A DNA stretch of 64,000 nt from Methyloligellaceae bacterium. Its GTDB lineage: Bacteria; Pseudomonadota; Alphaproteobacteria; Rhizobiales; CBDCYM01. The DNA lies in assembly GCA_965224165.1 (NCBI GenBank), contig CBDCYM010000011.1, positions 1,522,877-1,586,876 on the forward strand, read 5' to 3'. The translations under genes and the position numbers were made by a program. The notes under the pieces are model-generated. The model was not told where the DNA came from. It saw nothing but the letters and a program-made list of their open reading frames with translations, and searched no databases. Positions 1 through 9,864 of this stretch are shown here, piece after piece (within the stretch, counting starts at the first letter, position 1; every line of letters starts with the position of its first letter).

Positions 1-1
1 C

Positions 2-637
2 ATTGATCTTATTGGCTATGCGGGGCACTCGGAAGGTGGCTATATAGCGCCACTGGCAGCTCAGGAAGAGGTCCCCGGTTTCATAATCTTGTTGGCCGGT
101 CCAGCACAAAAACTCTCTGACGTCATTCTTCAGCAGCAAATTGATATTGCGAAAGCGCATAACAAAGACGAAGCCGAGTTTAAGAAAATCCATGTGGTGA
201 TCGGCGGGTTGGTTCGAATTCTGAAGTCTTCATCGACCCCAGAGGAAGCAAGGAAAAAACTTCAAGCCTTTCTGAAAAAAAATGATCTTTCACGCGAACA
301 GATCGATGCGACCATTGATTTGTTTGCGACAAAATGGGGGTTATGGATCATCGACCGTGACCTTATGCCATCCATCAAAGCCTATAAGGGACCCGTCCTC
401 GCGGTTTTTGGTGGGAAGGATTTGCAAGTCTCAGCCGAGATAAATGCGCCGATCATAGAAAAAGCCCTATCTCACAAAGCCTCCCAAGTGGTGACGTTTC
501 CTGAGTTAAACCATCTTTTTCAACCAGCAAAAACGGGTTCCCCGGAAGAGTATGTTTGGATAGAAACAACCTTTGATGAAAGCGCGCTAAAGGTAATTGC
601 TGATTGGTTGAAAGGTGTTATCGCGCGGGGTCGGTAA
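2..637 (+). CDS. alpha/beta hydrolase, 5'-partial; the reading frame is open from window position 2
   Basis: The frame of ORF 89..637 stays open back to nt 2. The upstream translation contains GHSEGG, a GxSxG nucleophile elbow. The C-terminal part resembles an alpha/beta hydrolase fold. Confidence 0.55.
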   Translation: MDLIGYAGHSEGGYIAPLAAQEEVPGFIILLAGPAQKLSDVILQQQIDIAKAHNKDEAEFKKIHVVIGGLVRILKSSSTPEEARKKLQAFLKKNDLSREQIDATIDLFATKWGLWIIDRDLMPSIKAYKGPVLAVFGGKDLQVSAEINAPIIEKALSHKASQVVTFPELNHLFQPAKTGSPEEYVWIETTFDESALKVIADWLKGVIARGR

Positions 638-720
638 AAGCAGTAGCGATAGCTGTGTCAATTATATCTTTAATCATTTCGGGCATACCATTGTATTGTG
701 TTGAGTAGAATTTTGAGACA

Positions 721-1103
721 GCATTAGGTCACGAACTCATAAATGTGGTTAAAAATGGTATGAGTCAATCTGTTCGAATACAAGAAGCAAAGGTGCAGGA
801 AATGTGGTGCATTTTCTAACCTTTGCGACGCTGTAGTTGGACAGATTGGCCATATCCTCCGGACGCTGAAACGGCTTCAATCTGCAGCGTCGAAGCGCTT
901 GAAAAGGGAAACAACCCTTGTCTGCACGCTTCTCCTAGATCAACCCACGTTCAAGTAAATTCACTTGAACGTGGTAAAGTTGATCGATATCAAAAAATGA
1001 GAGCATCCAAGCGATTCCATCTAAACGCAGGATGCTCTAGCATCCTTTTGCCGTTTCTAGCGCCATTTTCAGCGCATTTATGAGTCCGTGACCTAGCGTG
1101 GAT
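721..1103. mobile_element. MITE-like unit of about 380 bp bounded by imperfect 20-22 bp inverted repeats (726-745 aggtcacgaactcataaatg; 1076-1095 catttatgagtccgtgacct)
   Basis: The reverse complement of the right end matches the left end at about 19 of 20 positions. The unit encloses the two-hairpin repeat copy A. No credible coding sequence lies inside; ORF 823..1083 is composed of repeat sequence. Confidence 0.4.
947..1056. repeat. Two-hairpin intergenic repeat, copy A. Hairpin 1 is 956-985 with a 12-bp stem. Hairpin 2 is 1011-1049.
   Basis: About 75% identical to 29341-29450. Both hairpins are kept in the second copy through compensatory substitutions. Confidence 0.7.
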
Positions 1104-1209
1104 AATGTGATGATAAATCATCGTTGGGGCTGAGTTTTCTTGTCATATCCATCGCTATTATTCAAACTGCCGAGGCATCGAAACAAATTGATTACTTCGG
1201 GGAGAGGGC

Positions 1210-2466
1210 ATGGAGGCGTTAGGGCATCTGGCATTGATTTGGGCAGCGGTGTTTGTCGCCAACGTCTTGGCGCAGAGGACTAGGCTCACCTCAGTCCTCT
1301 GGTTCCTGGGCCTGGGTGCCGTCATGGTCAATGTCGGTCTGATGCCTAAAACCAGCGATCCGTTTATCTCTGGTCTTGCGAACCTTGGCATCATCCTGGT
1401 TATGTTTGCGTTGGGTTTTGAGGAAAAGACCAACAACTTCATCCAAAGCATAAAGAAGAGTTGGGGCATTGCCTTATTTGGTGCCGGTGCACCATTTCTC
1501 GCGGCTTTCTTGGTGGCAGAATATTTCTGGAATGATGTAAATGTCGCGCTGATGTGTGGTTTGACAATGGCAGCTACCGCCGTATCGCTGACCATGGTAT
1601 CTCTGAAAAGTGTGGGGTTGCATCACTCACGTTCCGCCACGCGCATTATGACGTCGGCAGTTCTGGACAGCATTACATCACTTACACTGGTGGCAATTCT
1701 CGTGCCGCTTGCGACCGGCCAAGGTCCGTTAGACATCAAGCAGCTTGCCACGATTCTCGGCAAGGCTATCGCCTTCTTCCTGGTTGTCACGGCGCTTGGG
1801 GCTGCGTTACTGCCGCACGAGGCTCGCGGATGGTTGCGGCATATACCACTGGTTAGGAGCTACGGCATGCGGCATCTGCTGGCATTCGGCCAGCATTCGA
1901 CGCTGACGGTTCTATTGCTTGCCGTGCTGGTCGGTCTGCTCGCCCATGAATTCGGTTTGCATCCAGCAGTCGGTGCTTATATGGCGGGATTGATCATCAA
2001 GCAGGAATATTTCCAGCGTAAAGATGAAAAAGGTTCCTACGAAGATACAAAACGCATTATTGATAATGTGGCCTTCTCATGGATCGGTCCGGTGTTCTTT
2101 GTCACGCTTGGCACCAAGCTCGTGTTTGACTGGCAAATTCTGATTTCGGTAATCCCGCATATCGCTATAATGGTGACGAGCGTGGCCGTGGCACAAATCA
2201 CTTTCGCGACACTTGCCGCCCGCTTCACGGGCGGGATGGACTGGCCGGGCAGTATTTTGATAGGCTTTGGAATGCTTGGCCGTGCTGAATTAGCGTTTGT
2301 GGTTATGGATATCGCTTACGTGCAGAATTCAATTTTGAACACTCAAGCCTTCTACACCTTAATGGCGACGGCGTTCATCCTAAACATTTTGGTTCCAGTT
2401 ACGATTACGCTTTGGAAGCCCTATTATTCTGTATCGCACGCGCCGGGTTCTGCACCATCGCATTAG
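1210..2466 (+). CDS. cation:proton antiporter (CPA/Na+-H+ exchanger family) membrane protein
   Basis: 418 aa with about 11-12 hydrophobic helices and a glycine-rich transporter-like composition, typical of the Na_H exchanger family. Family assignment is by overall resemblance only. Confidence 0.5.
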   Translation: MEALGHLALIWAAVFVANVLAQRTRLTSVLWFLGLGAVMVNVGLMPKTSDPFISGLANLGIILVMFALGFEEKTNNFIQSIKKSWGIALFGAGAPFLAAFLVAEYFWNDVNVALMCGLTMAATAVSLTMVSLKSVGLHHSRSATRIMTSAVLDSITSLTLVAILVPLATGQGPLDIKQLATILGKAIAFFLVVTALGAALLPHEARGWLRHIPLVRSYGMRHLLAFGQHSTLTVLLLAVLVGLLAHEFGLHPAVGAYMAGLIIKQEYFQRKDEKGSYEDTKRIIDNVAFSWIGPVFFVTLGTKLVFDWQILISVIPHIAIMVTSVAVAQITFATLAARFTGGMDWPGSILIGFGMLGRAELAFVVMDIAYVQNSILNTQAFYTLMATAFILNILVPVTITLWKPYYSVSHAPGSAPSH

Positions 2467-3095
2467 CTATGTCGGCGCTGTCCGATAACAGAAATGGCAG
2501 GTACGGGTTTTAAGAAGAGTTCCTCGGTGCGAAGGACCTTAAATCCAACATCTTTCATACTTTTTGTCACATTTTCAGCCATTCGCAGGGCGTCATTCCG
2601 TTTTGGATTTTTGTGTCTTGGTTGGTAGGTTGTTGCACACATGCCGCCTTCTGTGAGGTGATTATAGACGCATGTAAAGAAAACATTCATGTCAGGAAGA
2701 AACTGGATGACGTTAACAGAAAAAATTCGGTCAAATTGGATATCAAGGCTTTCAATTCTATCAAAGCTACCATGATACAGCGCAACCTTATTCGCTTGGA
2801 TTTCTTCGGAGAGGCGCTTCTGTGCCTGCGTAATCATAACCTTTGAATGGTCTACACCGATTGCGCACCCTGTCATCAGTTTTGAAGCGCATGCCTTCAA
2901 GGAAAGGCCTGGACCACAACCAAGCTCCAATACGTGGTGACTGGGATCTAAGTCAAGAAGATCAACAGTCCATAAATTCCGTGCACGGTTGGAACCGCGG
3001 CTGGCCATGATAAAACCAGCCACATGGCCCAGAAGACCATGTGGCTGTTTGAACTGGCCTGTGATTTTAGAGTGTATGGTCACTACGGTCCTCAC
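2463..3095 (-). CDS. class I SAM-dependent methyltransferase
   Basis: Contains VLELGCGPG, the SAM-binding motif I. The 210-aa length fits small-molecule or RNA methyltransferases. Confidence 0.7.
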   Translation of the reverse strand: MRTVVTIHSKITGQFKQPHGLLGHVAGFIMASRGSNRARNLWTVDLLDLDPSHHVLELGCGPGLSLKACASKLMTGCAIGVDHSKVMITQAQKRLSEEIQANKVALYHGSFDRIESLDIQFDRIFSVNVIQFLPDMNVFFTCVYNHLTEGGMCATTYQPRHKNPKRNDALRMAENVTKSMKDVGFKVLRTEELFLKPVPAISVIGQRRHS

Positions 3096-3340
3096 GGGGC
3101 GTGATGGCGTGTGTGACCCGATGATAACCGCAAAGTCAGCCCGAATATCGCTGCTATAGATGCAGCTAATAATTCAATGGCAAGGGCGTGGCGGAATTGC
3201 ATTTTTGGTGCTTGGAATAGATCTACTGCAAAGGTGTTCCAAGACCATAAAATCAGCACGCCGCTGACAAACAAAACGCCTATCGCCACAAGGATAGCTA
3301 TTGTCATCTTATAACCCTTATTATCAGTTTCTTCAGTCAT
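3092..3340 (-). CDS. small hypothetical membrane protein, 82 aa, two predicted TM helices
   Basis: The ORF shares start and stop overlaps with its neighbours, an operon-like arrangement, and is hydrophobic. There is no recognisable motif. Confidence 0.35.
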   Translation of the reverse strand: MTEETDNKGYKMTIAILVAIGVLFVSGVLILWSWNTFAVDLFQAPKMQFRHALAIELLAASIAAIFGLTLRLSSGHTRHHAP

Positions 3341-3794
3341 CTTGAGGTCCTTTCTCCTGTTCCTTAATAAGACTGTGGTTCAAAGTCGTGAGCGCCAATT
3401 CTGCCGCTTTTAGTGTTTCAAGCGGCAGCTCTTCAGCCAGCCGTTCAAGCACTTTGATTTCTCGTTTACGAATTGCAGCAAATGTATTTTTGCCCTTTTG
3501 TGTCAGGGCATAGAGCGGCGATCTTTTATGAGCCGGGTTTTGCAGGCGCTTGACAAAACCGCAGCTAAACAACTCGTCCATGTTGACTTGGATATGCTGA
3601 CGCGAAACGCCTTTGGGCCGAGCGATGTCAGGAACAGTGTGAGGCCCATCTTCCGCCAAGAACTCCATCACAGCTCTCATTGAAGCGCTTACGCCGATAT
3701 CCCTATGCATTTCGTCAGCAATGTTCTTGAGCCGATTAAAGCTTGTGCGGATCCGTGCAATGACGGCATATAATTTTTGTGCTTTCGGCGACAT
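3333..3794 (-). CDS. MarR family transcriptional regulator
   Basis: 153 aa with a winged-helix region (…VSRQHIQVNMDELFSCGFVKR…) typical of MarR, and a palindromic operator-like sequence immediately upstream. Confidence 0.75.
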   Translation of the reverse strand: MSPKAQKLYAVIARIRTSFNRLKNIADEMHRDIGVSASMRAVMEFLAEDGPHTVPDIARPKGVSRQHIQVNMDELFSCGFVKRLQNPAHKRSPLYALTQKGKNTFAAIRKREIKVLERLAEELPLETLKAAELALTTLNHSLIKEQEKGPQDD

Positions 3795-3810
3795 GACACA
3801 TCAGCCTCCT

Positions 3811-3857
3811 TATTGACAACAAGATTGTCATATATAAAATGACAACTTAATTGTCAA
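3811..3857. promoter_or_regulatory. Two adjacent inverted repeats of the form TGACAA-N4-TTGTCA (ATTGACAAcaagATTGTCAt and ATGACAACttaATTGTCAAT). These are candidate MarR operators in the marR promoter region.
   Basis: Read directly from the sequence 17-60 bp upstream of the marR start codon on the - strand. Confidence 0.4.
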
Positions 3858-3963
3858 TATGTGTGGAGTAACTATTTTGTCATGACCGTGAATTATCTAA
3901 GCGTAGATGAGACGACAGATATTTAGTGAGCAGAAAATTTTTGGCTATAATTATCGCTAATCG

Positions 3964-6900
3964 CTAATCGCTAAAAATGAATTCTTCTTCAGGCTCCGGC
4001 TCGCGTTTACGACGAGGAGGTCTCCGCCGGCGCTGAGTTGGTTGTTCAATAGTAATTGCATCCGCTGGTGTTTCAAGCAAATCCGTCGGCAATTTTTCTG
4101 GCGCTAAAATAGAATTTTCCGTCAAACCAGTTGGTGGCAACACCCCTTGAGGGAGGGGGTCTGCAGATTGTCCCGCACCTGTATTGGCGGGCTGTTGCTC
4201 GAATGTGGGCTGGCCGGTATTTGATTGTCCGGGAAGAATAAAACCACCTTGTCCGTTGCGTGGCGCTTCTTGCGGGATGCGTGGTATCTCTTGTGGGATA
4301 CGCGATGTCTCTTGTTGAATGCGCGGAGGTTCTTGAGGAATGCGAAGTGTTTCCTGTTGGATGCGAGGTGCCTCTTGCGGTATGCGTGCGGCGACCCCAT
4401 CTTCACGCAAAGCTTTCTGACGCTTTTCGCGTTGGCGTTGGCTCCAGTATTGTTGTTCTTCCCGTTCCTGCTTTTCTAAACTTTTTTGGATCTGTTCCAA
4501 TTTCTGAACATTTTGCTCTATTTTGCGGACGGTCAAAAAGCGTTCCAATGGTTTGGTATCGATTTGAGGTGTGAGTTGGCCAAATTGTGATAGGGGACCT
4601 GAAAAGGCGAGTGTGACAGGAGGTAGCTTTTCTGCACCTCCGGGAAGTGGCGCCAAGAGTTGCCAATCGCTACTAAGTTTTAGATTGGGAAGTTCCAAAG
4701 AACTTTTCACTTTCAGGTCTGTTTTGGCGGCGGTTAATTTGATCTGTTGCAACCGGATAACGCCATCGCGGATGACAAATGTTGTATTAAACGGTGATAC
4801 AGGAAATGTTCCGTCTTTGAATTTCTGAGGGAGGCGTGTCGATAAGTTCGGAGATTTATCTTTTGGGTCCCCCATGCTTTCCGCGGCGAGTTTGGATATG
4901 GCATAAGGTGAAAATCTCAAAATCTGGCCTTGACCGACAGAAAGTTTCCCTTTGCCCTGCAAAACAGATATGAGTCCGTGGGGGCTAAGCCCTTCACCAT
5001 TGACCGAAAAATCTAAATTGACAGTGCCGCGTGCCAAGGCTTTCCCTTGGTTGCCTTGTGTCAATGTGCCGAGTTTCGCCTGTTTGATGTGCCCAGCTCC
5101 AGTAAGCTTAAATCTGCCATTAGCGCGCATGAGCTGTCCGGTGGCGGAGAAATCGCCTCCATGTAATTTTCCCTTTAATGTTTTGAGATATAGCCCCCCT
5201 CCTGCAAGTTCGGCTGCTAAGGTACCACCTTTCAATTTAAGACCGCCACCGATATCAAATTTTTCGGCGTTCACGGCAATACGCCCCTGATATCCCTTCA
5301 GGACTTCTTTATCAAAAGGCTGGTTTGGCCAAAATGATGCTGATTGGTTGGCAACGGCGTTTGAAGCAATTTCCAATATGGATTTGTCTTTCCACTGAAC
5401 GACAAAGCCCAGAAGCGTAGGTAATGCCGCCTCGGTAGAGGTCATCGAAACATCAATACGGGCGGGGGTGGAGCTTGAATCAACGACTGCATTTCCTTGG
5501 AGACTGCCAGCCCCCAAACGTCCAGAAATATTGCTTAAACGGTAGGTATTCTTTGTCTTGTTTAGATCTGCCCGGATATTAAGAGCATCTTTCATATCAT
5601 TTGATGTATTGCCAAATCCAATCAAAGCCAAAGGAACCGCTGCCGTTTTTGATGAGACTTTTACGGTGCCGTCCATCTCTGTTATGTCACCGTCATCTGA
5701 CATTTGCACAAGCCCGTCAAAGTTGAACCGGGTGTCTGCGGCATCAAGGGAGAGAGTTGTTTTTACGCCTTTGTTTGGTACTCCATGCCCATGGAAGACG
5801 AGTCTTCCCGCACTCGAAGCCAGAGCATTTTTAGAAAGCGAAGCGGACGCCATTTGCCGGATCAGTTCTGCCCCTTTGGGGTTTTCAGCCGTCATGGAGA
5901 TATTTAAGGGCTTTGCACCCAAATCAGCAAACCTGCCTTCATGATGCATTTTGAGTGAAATATGGCTATCGGCCGCCATGCCATCGACTTTGAATTCAAA
6001 GCCAGAGCGTGTTTGGTTACCTGTATTGAGAGATCCAGCCAGTCTAAGAGGGCTAAGGGTTCTAAGGCGTTTTGGATTCTTTAAGAGAGCGCTCGGCAGT
6101 GCGATCATTTCACCAAGTTGATGAAGGGCTACCGCGCTCTCCGCCTCAACCATAAAATTAATGGCGCCTTTAGAGGCTGCATTTGATTGATCAATCTGTC
6201 CATCTGCACGGATTAAAATGCCATCCTCCGATGCCAGATGAAGCTTATTGATGGCAAGCCTGCCATCCTTCATTTGTAAGTCGGCATCCAAGTCGCGCCC
6301 ATTAAAGCCGGACATCAAAAGATGGCCTACCCGAAGTTTGATACGCGCATTAGCTTGATTTAGAAAATCCGCCGTGGAATTGCCATCTATAGTTGCTGCC
6401 CTTGCATTGGTAATCAGTTGGCGTTTTGATTGTTTTTGAAGCTGTTGCCCCCCGGTGTCGAGATATTTCTTAATGAGTTCCCGCGGTGAAGATTGGGGGC
6501 CCAATATATCGACAAGATTGAAGCGATCACCGTCAAGCGTGAGTTCGAAGTTTTTCTTATCACCAAACTCATAGTGTAAGGCGGCCGAGAAGGCTGATCC
6601 GGCGGCCTCCCCACGCAATTGTTTGACCCGAAGTGCGTTTGGCCTGAGGGTCAAATGCCCTTGTGCAAAATAATGCTCACTGCGCACTGCTTGGGGCTTT
6701 TCCCTTCGAGAAAGCGCCCAACGTGTCAGTAGTCCAAGGTTGCTCCCTCTCAAGGAAAACGGTCCTGAAAACGCAATGCCCTTCTCTCCGGCTTGAAGTT
6801 GACCATTTAAGTTCAACTCGCTAGCACCCGGAAGACCGGCACGCATGTTAGTAATCTTAAAAACATCGCCAGTCTTGGTCAGGCGTAGTTTAAAATTCCT

Positions 6901-8016
6901 CACAAGTTCGCCGCCTAGGCTAGCTTGCTCCACACTGGCTTGAAGTGATCCACGAGAAATAGCAGGTGCCAGGTCATGCAACGTCCAAGCGAACAATTCA
7001 AATGCTTCTTGAGGAGCGCCTTCCCCGGTTTCGCCACGGCCAAGGGATTGGTCGAGATCAAGCCAACGTGCCTGAACCTGAGCATTTACATTGAAGCCGT
7101 CGTTCCAATCGACCGCTGCTTTGCCTTGGAGGTTTTGCGGTCGGTTTTTACTTTCAAAAGCAATTGTTAGGTCATCAAGAACAGCCTGTTTCAGTGAGGC
7201 GTTCACTTTTGCTTTCATTTCAACCGGACGGATATCTTTTCCAATGGGAATTTCCGCAGTTAATTCTCCGGTAAGTCGAGGGGCCTTATTGGGTGTGCTG
7301 AGATGCCCATCAAATGTGTAAACGTTGCCGGATTGCGTGATTTGAACCACGGACTTTACGCGCATTACGCCGCCTTTTTGCCAGCGTCCTGTCGATAAGC
7401 GAATCTCACGCCGTTTGCCTTGTCCATTGACATGACCGGTAAATTTGTAGGGGCCTTCTAGGGTACCTGCAGAAAGCGTTCCGTTGAAATCATTCAAAGT
7501 AAATGTTTTCTTGCTACCGATTTGACGGAAGAGTAATCGGCCATCAGTAATCTTAACTGAATTAAGCGCGACTTCTTTGGGCATAAAGGGGACGTTTGCA
7601 TTGGGGTTTCCAATGCCGTGCCAATTTCCCGTGCCGTTTTTTTGAACGTCTAAGCGAATTTCCGGCCGAGTTATCTCAATTTCTTTGGCTACAACCGTCC
7701 CCCTCAGGAGCGGTGAAATCGAAAGCCAAATGGTAAAATCATCTGCTTCGAGGAAGGGGTTCTGAATACCCCCTCGTTTCAAATCGGCAATGCGAACTTT
7801 CTGAAAACGCATAAAGGGAACTGGCAAAAGCCTCATGCTGACCGAGCCGTCGACTTTCACAGTACGGCCAATCAATTTTGAAGCGTGGGCCTCGAACACA
7901 TGGCGATAATTGTTCCACTCTACAAAGTGAGGGACTGCAAAAAGGACGCCGACCACAAGGATGAGAAGGCCTGCCAGAATATTTAGGAAGGAGTTCAAGG
8001 GGCTCTCCACCTCCAT
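3964..8016 (-). CDS. AsmA family outer-membrane biogenesis protein, 1350 aa, with a C-terminal proline/glutamine-rich 7-aa repeat region
   Basis: N-terminal signal-anchor (LILVVGVLFAVPHFVEW), very large size, and AsmA-like beta-rich composition. C-terminal repeats read RIPQE(A/P)PRIQQET. Confidence 0.75.
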   Translation of the reverse strand: MEVESPLNSFLNILAGLLILVVGVLFAVPHFVEWNNYRHVFEAHASKLIGRTVKVDGSVSMRLLPVPFMRFQKVRIADLKRGGIQNPFLEADDFTIWLSISPLLRGTVVAKEIEITRPEIRLDVQKNGTGNWHGIGNPNANVPFMPKEVALNSVKITDGRLLFRQIGSKKTFTLNDFNGTLSAGTLEGPYKFTGHVNGQGKRREIRLSTGRWQKGGVMRVKSVVQITQSGNVYTFDGHLSTPNKAPRLTGELTAEIPIGKDIRPVEMKAKVNASLKQAVLDDLTIAFESKNRPQNLQGKAAVDWNDGFNVNAQVQARWLDLDQSLGRGETGEGAPQEAFELFAWTLHDLAPAISRGSLQASVEQASLGGELVRNFKLRLTKTGDVFKITNMRAGLPGASELNLNGQLQAGEKGIAFSGPFSLRGSNLGLLTRWALSRREKPQAVRSEHYFAQGHLTLRPNALRVKQLRGEAAGSAFSAALHYEFGDKKNFELTLDGDRFNLVDILGPQSSPRELIKKYLDTGGQQLQKQSKRQLITNARAATIDGNSTADFLNQANARIKLRVGHLLMSGFNGRDLDADLQMKDGRLAINKLHLASEDGILIRADGQIDQSNAASKGAINFMVEAESAVALHQLGEMIALPSALLKNPKRLRTLSPLRLAGSLNTGNQTRSGFEFKVDGMAADSHISLKMHHEGRFADLGAKPLNISMTAENPKGAELIRQMASASLSKNALASSAGRLVFHGHGVPNKGVKTTLSLDAADTRFNFDGLVQMSDDGDITEMDGTVKVSSKTAAVPLALIGFGNTSNDMKDALNIRADLNKTKNTYRLSNISGRLGAGSLQGNAVVDSSSTPARIDVSMTSTEAALPTLLGFVVQWKDKSILEIASNAVANQSASFWPNQPFDKEVLKGYQGRIAVNAEKFDIGGGLKLKGGTLAAELAGGGLYLKTLKGKLHGGDFSATGQLMRANGRFKLTGAGHIKQAKLGTLTQGNQGKALARGTVNLDFSVNGEGLSPHGLISVLQGKGKLSVGQGQILRFSPYAISKLAAESMGDPKDKSPNLSTRLPQKFKDGTFPVSPFNTTFVIRDGVIRLQQIKLTAAKTDLKVKSSLELPNLKLSSDWQLLAPLPGGAEKLPPVTLAFSGPLSQFGQLTPQIDTKPLERFLTVRKIEQNVQKLEQIQKSLEKQEREEQQYWSQRQREKRQKALREDGVAARIPQEAPRIQQETLRIPQEPPRIQQETSRIPQEIPRIPQEAPRNGQGGFILPGQSNTGQPTFEQQPANTGAGQSADPLPQGVLPPTGLTENSILAPEKLPTDLLETPADAITIEQPTQRRRRPPRRKREPEPEEEFIFSD
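4255..4400. repeat. About seven tandem 21-bp repeats (cttgNgggatgcgNNgtNtct) encoding the heptad RIPQExP in the asmA C-terminus
   Basis: Periodicity is visible in the nucleotide sequence and in the translation RIPQEAPRIQQETLRIPQEPPRIQQETSRIPQEIPRIPQEAPR. Confidence 0.8.
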
Positions 8017-8176
8017 CCAAAAAGTTTTACCACTGATGCGAACTTAACACGTAGTGTTATCAACGCCTCAGTTTTCCCCCCTATTCCATATTTTGGAATA
8101 TTTAATCAGATTATTCGTTTATTTTTGGTATTTAGGAGCTTTTTGTAACAAGCTTTTGATATTTAATGCAATTATT

Positions 8177-9589
8177 TCAGGATACAGATACCACTTTTCC
8201 AGGATTGAGGATATTGAGAGGATCAAGCGCCTTTTTTATGGCAATCATAACATCAATGCCATCACCGTGCTCAGCCCTCATATATTTCAATTTCCCATGT
8301 CCAACCCCATGTTCGCCTGTACATGTGCCATCCATTCGCAAAGCACGATCAACCAGCCTATCCAAAAATTCATCTATAATGGCTCGTTCAGCCTCATTAT
8401 CCATATCGATCATCGCCTGAACATGAAAATTGCCATCACCTACATGTCCGACAATCGGGGCTACTATGTCCAATCTTTTAATATCATCATGAGTTTCAGC
8501 AACGCATTCTGCAAGACGCGAGATCGGTACGCAAACATCCGTGACCAGTGGTTTTGCACCAGGCCTTAATTCACGAGCCGCCCAATAGAAATGATGTCGT
8601 GCAGCCCAGAGACGATTGCGCTCTTCATGATCTGCCGCCCAATGCAGATCGCCACTGCCTTGCTCTCGGGCCAGCTCCTCAAAAATCTCGACCTGCTCCT
8701 TAGTCCCGCTTTTTGTTCCATGGAATTCTAGAAACAGTGTCGGCGTTTCTTCAAGCCCAAGGTTTTCTGACATATTGGCAGCTTTGATGCTTAAAGGGTC
8801 CAATAACTCAATGCGTGCCGGGCTAAGGCCCATTTGGATGACGGAAATGACCGTGTTACAGGCACCGTCAAGGGTCTTAAAGGGACAAATAGCTGAAATG
8901 ATGGAATCTGGAACGCCGTGTAATTTGAGCGTTAACTCAGTGATAACACCAAGCGTGCCTTCCGAGCCAATAAGCAAATGAGTAAGGTCGTAGCCTGCAG
9001 CCGACTTTTTTGCCCGTCTTGCGGTTCGTACAATCTGCCCATCAGCCATGACCGCGGTGAGGTTCAAGACATTTTCGCGGATTGTCCCGTATTTAACTGT
9101 GGTGGTACCTGAAGCTCGAGTGCTGGCCATGCCTCCAAGCGTGGCATCCGCACCAGGATCGACTGGGAAAAAGAGCCCTGTATCCCTTAGGTGTTCATTA
9201 AGCTGTTTGCGGGTGACGCCAGCTTCGATAACGCAATCAAGATCCTCGCTATTCACAGACAAGATATTGTTCATACGTGTCATGTCGATAGTGATCCCAC
9301 CCAATGGCGCATTAAGATGGCCTTCGAGGGAGGTGCCTGCCCCAAATGGAATAATCGGAACATGATGATGCGCGCAAAGCCTTACGACCTCGGCAACTTC
9401 GTCGGTTGTTTCTGGGATGATAACCGCGTCGGGCGGTTCGTTTGGTAGCCATGTGAGCGTGTGTCCGTGTTGTTCCCTCACGGTTTGGCTGGTTGAAATC
9501 CGATCTCCGAAACGCTCCTTAAGTTTTTGAATTGCCGAATCATAAGCCCCGGTCGTTGTGTGCCCAATATTTTCCTTAGCAGTAGCCAC
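8177..9589 (-). CDS. FAD-linked oxidase (GlcD / D-lactate dehydrogenase family)
   Basis: 470 aa with an FAD-binding PCMH-type N-terminal domain (…IPFGAGTSLEGH…) and a C-terminal oxidase domain with a conserved HGVG motif. Confidence 0.8.
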   Translation of the reverse strand: MATAKENIGHTTTGAYDSAIQKLKERFGDRISTSQTVREQHGHTLTWLPNEPPDAVIIPETTDEVAEVVRLCAHHHVPIIPFGAGTSLEGHLNAPLGGITIDMTRMNNILSVNSEDLDCVIEAGVTRKQLNEHLRDTGLFFPVDPGADATLGGMASTRASGTTTVKYGTIRENVLNLTAVMADGQIVRTARRAKKSAAGYDLTHLLIGSEGTLGVITELTLKLHGVPDSIISAICPFKTLDGACNTVISVIQMGLSPARIELLDPLSIKAANMSENLGLEETPTLFLEFHGTKSGTKEQVEIFEELAREQGSGDLHWAADHEERNRLWAARHHFYWAARELRPGAKPLVTDVCVPISRLAECVAETHDDIKRLDIVAPIVGHVGDGNFHVQAMIDMDNEAERAIIDEFLDRLVDRALRMDGTCTGEHGVGHGKLKYMRAEHGDGIDVMIAIKKALDPLNILNPGKVVSVS

Positions 9590-9864
9590 TATCTGGCCTC
9601 TCCTTCACTATGCATATACTAGGAGATGTCCATAATATTCGAATAGATTCTTGGGCTGCAATGGCATCCCACCATATAATCATATTCGATGGATAAGTTT
9701 AGCAAACTAAGCTCCTATATCCATCCTATACCAAAGAAAAAAAGACTTTATTTTAAATGTTGCATATCTGGCCTTGGAGCGAGCGGCACTGCCGACTACT
9801 TTATTAATCAGATCAAGATATGATCTTACTATATGCAAACCCATAGAAGACTCTTAGGAAGACT

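Noticed and set aside
823-1083. 86-aa ORF on the + strand
   Set aside because: It lies entirely within the two-hairpin repeat / MITE-like unit. Its amino-acid sequence is generated by the palindromic repeat sequence and has no coding periodicity.
4122-4666. Several 84-104 aa ORFs on both strands (4122-4406, 4225-4479, 4260-4574, 4403-4666)
   Set aside because: All are embedded in the 1350-aa AsmA gene and are created by its 21-bp tandem repeats. They are shadow ORFs.
8054-8569. 171-aa ORF on the + strand
   Set aside because: It is antisense to, and completely inside, the well-supported FAD-linked oxidase gene (8177-9589, -). It has a low-complexity Ile/Phe-rich translation.
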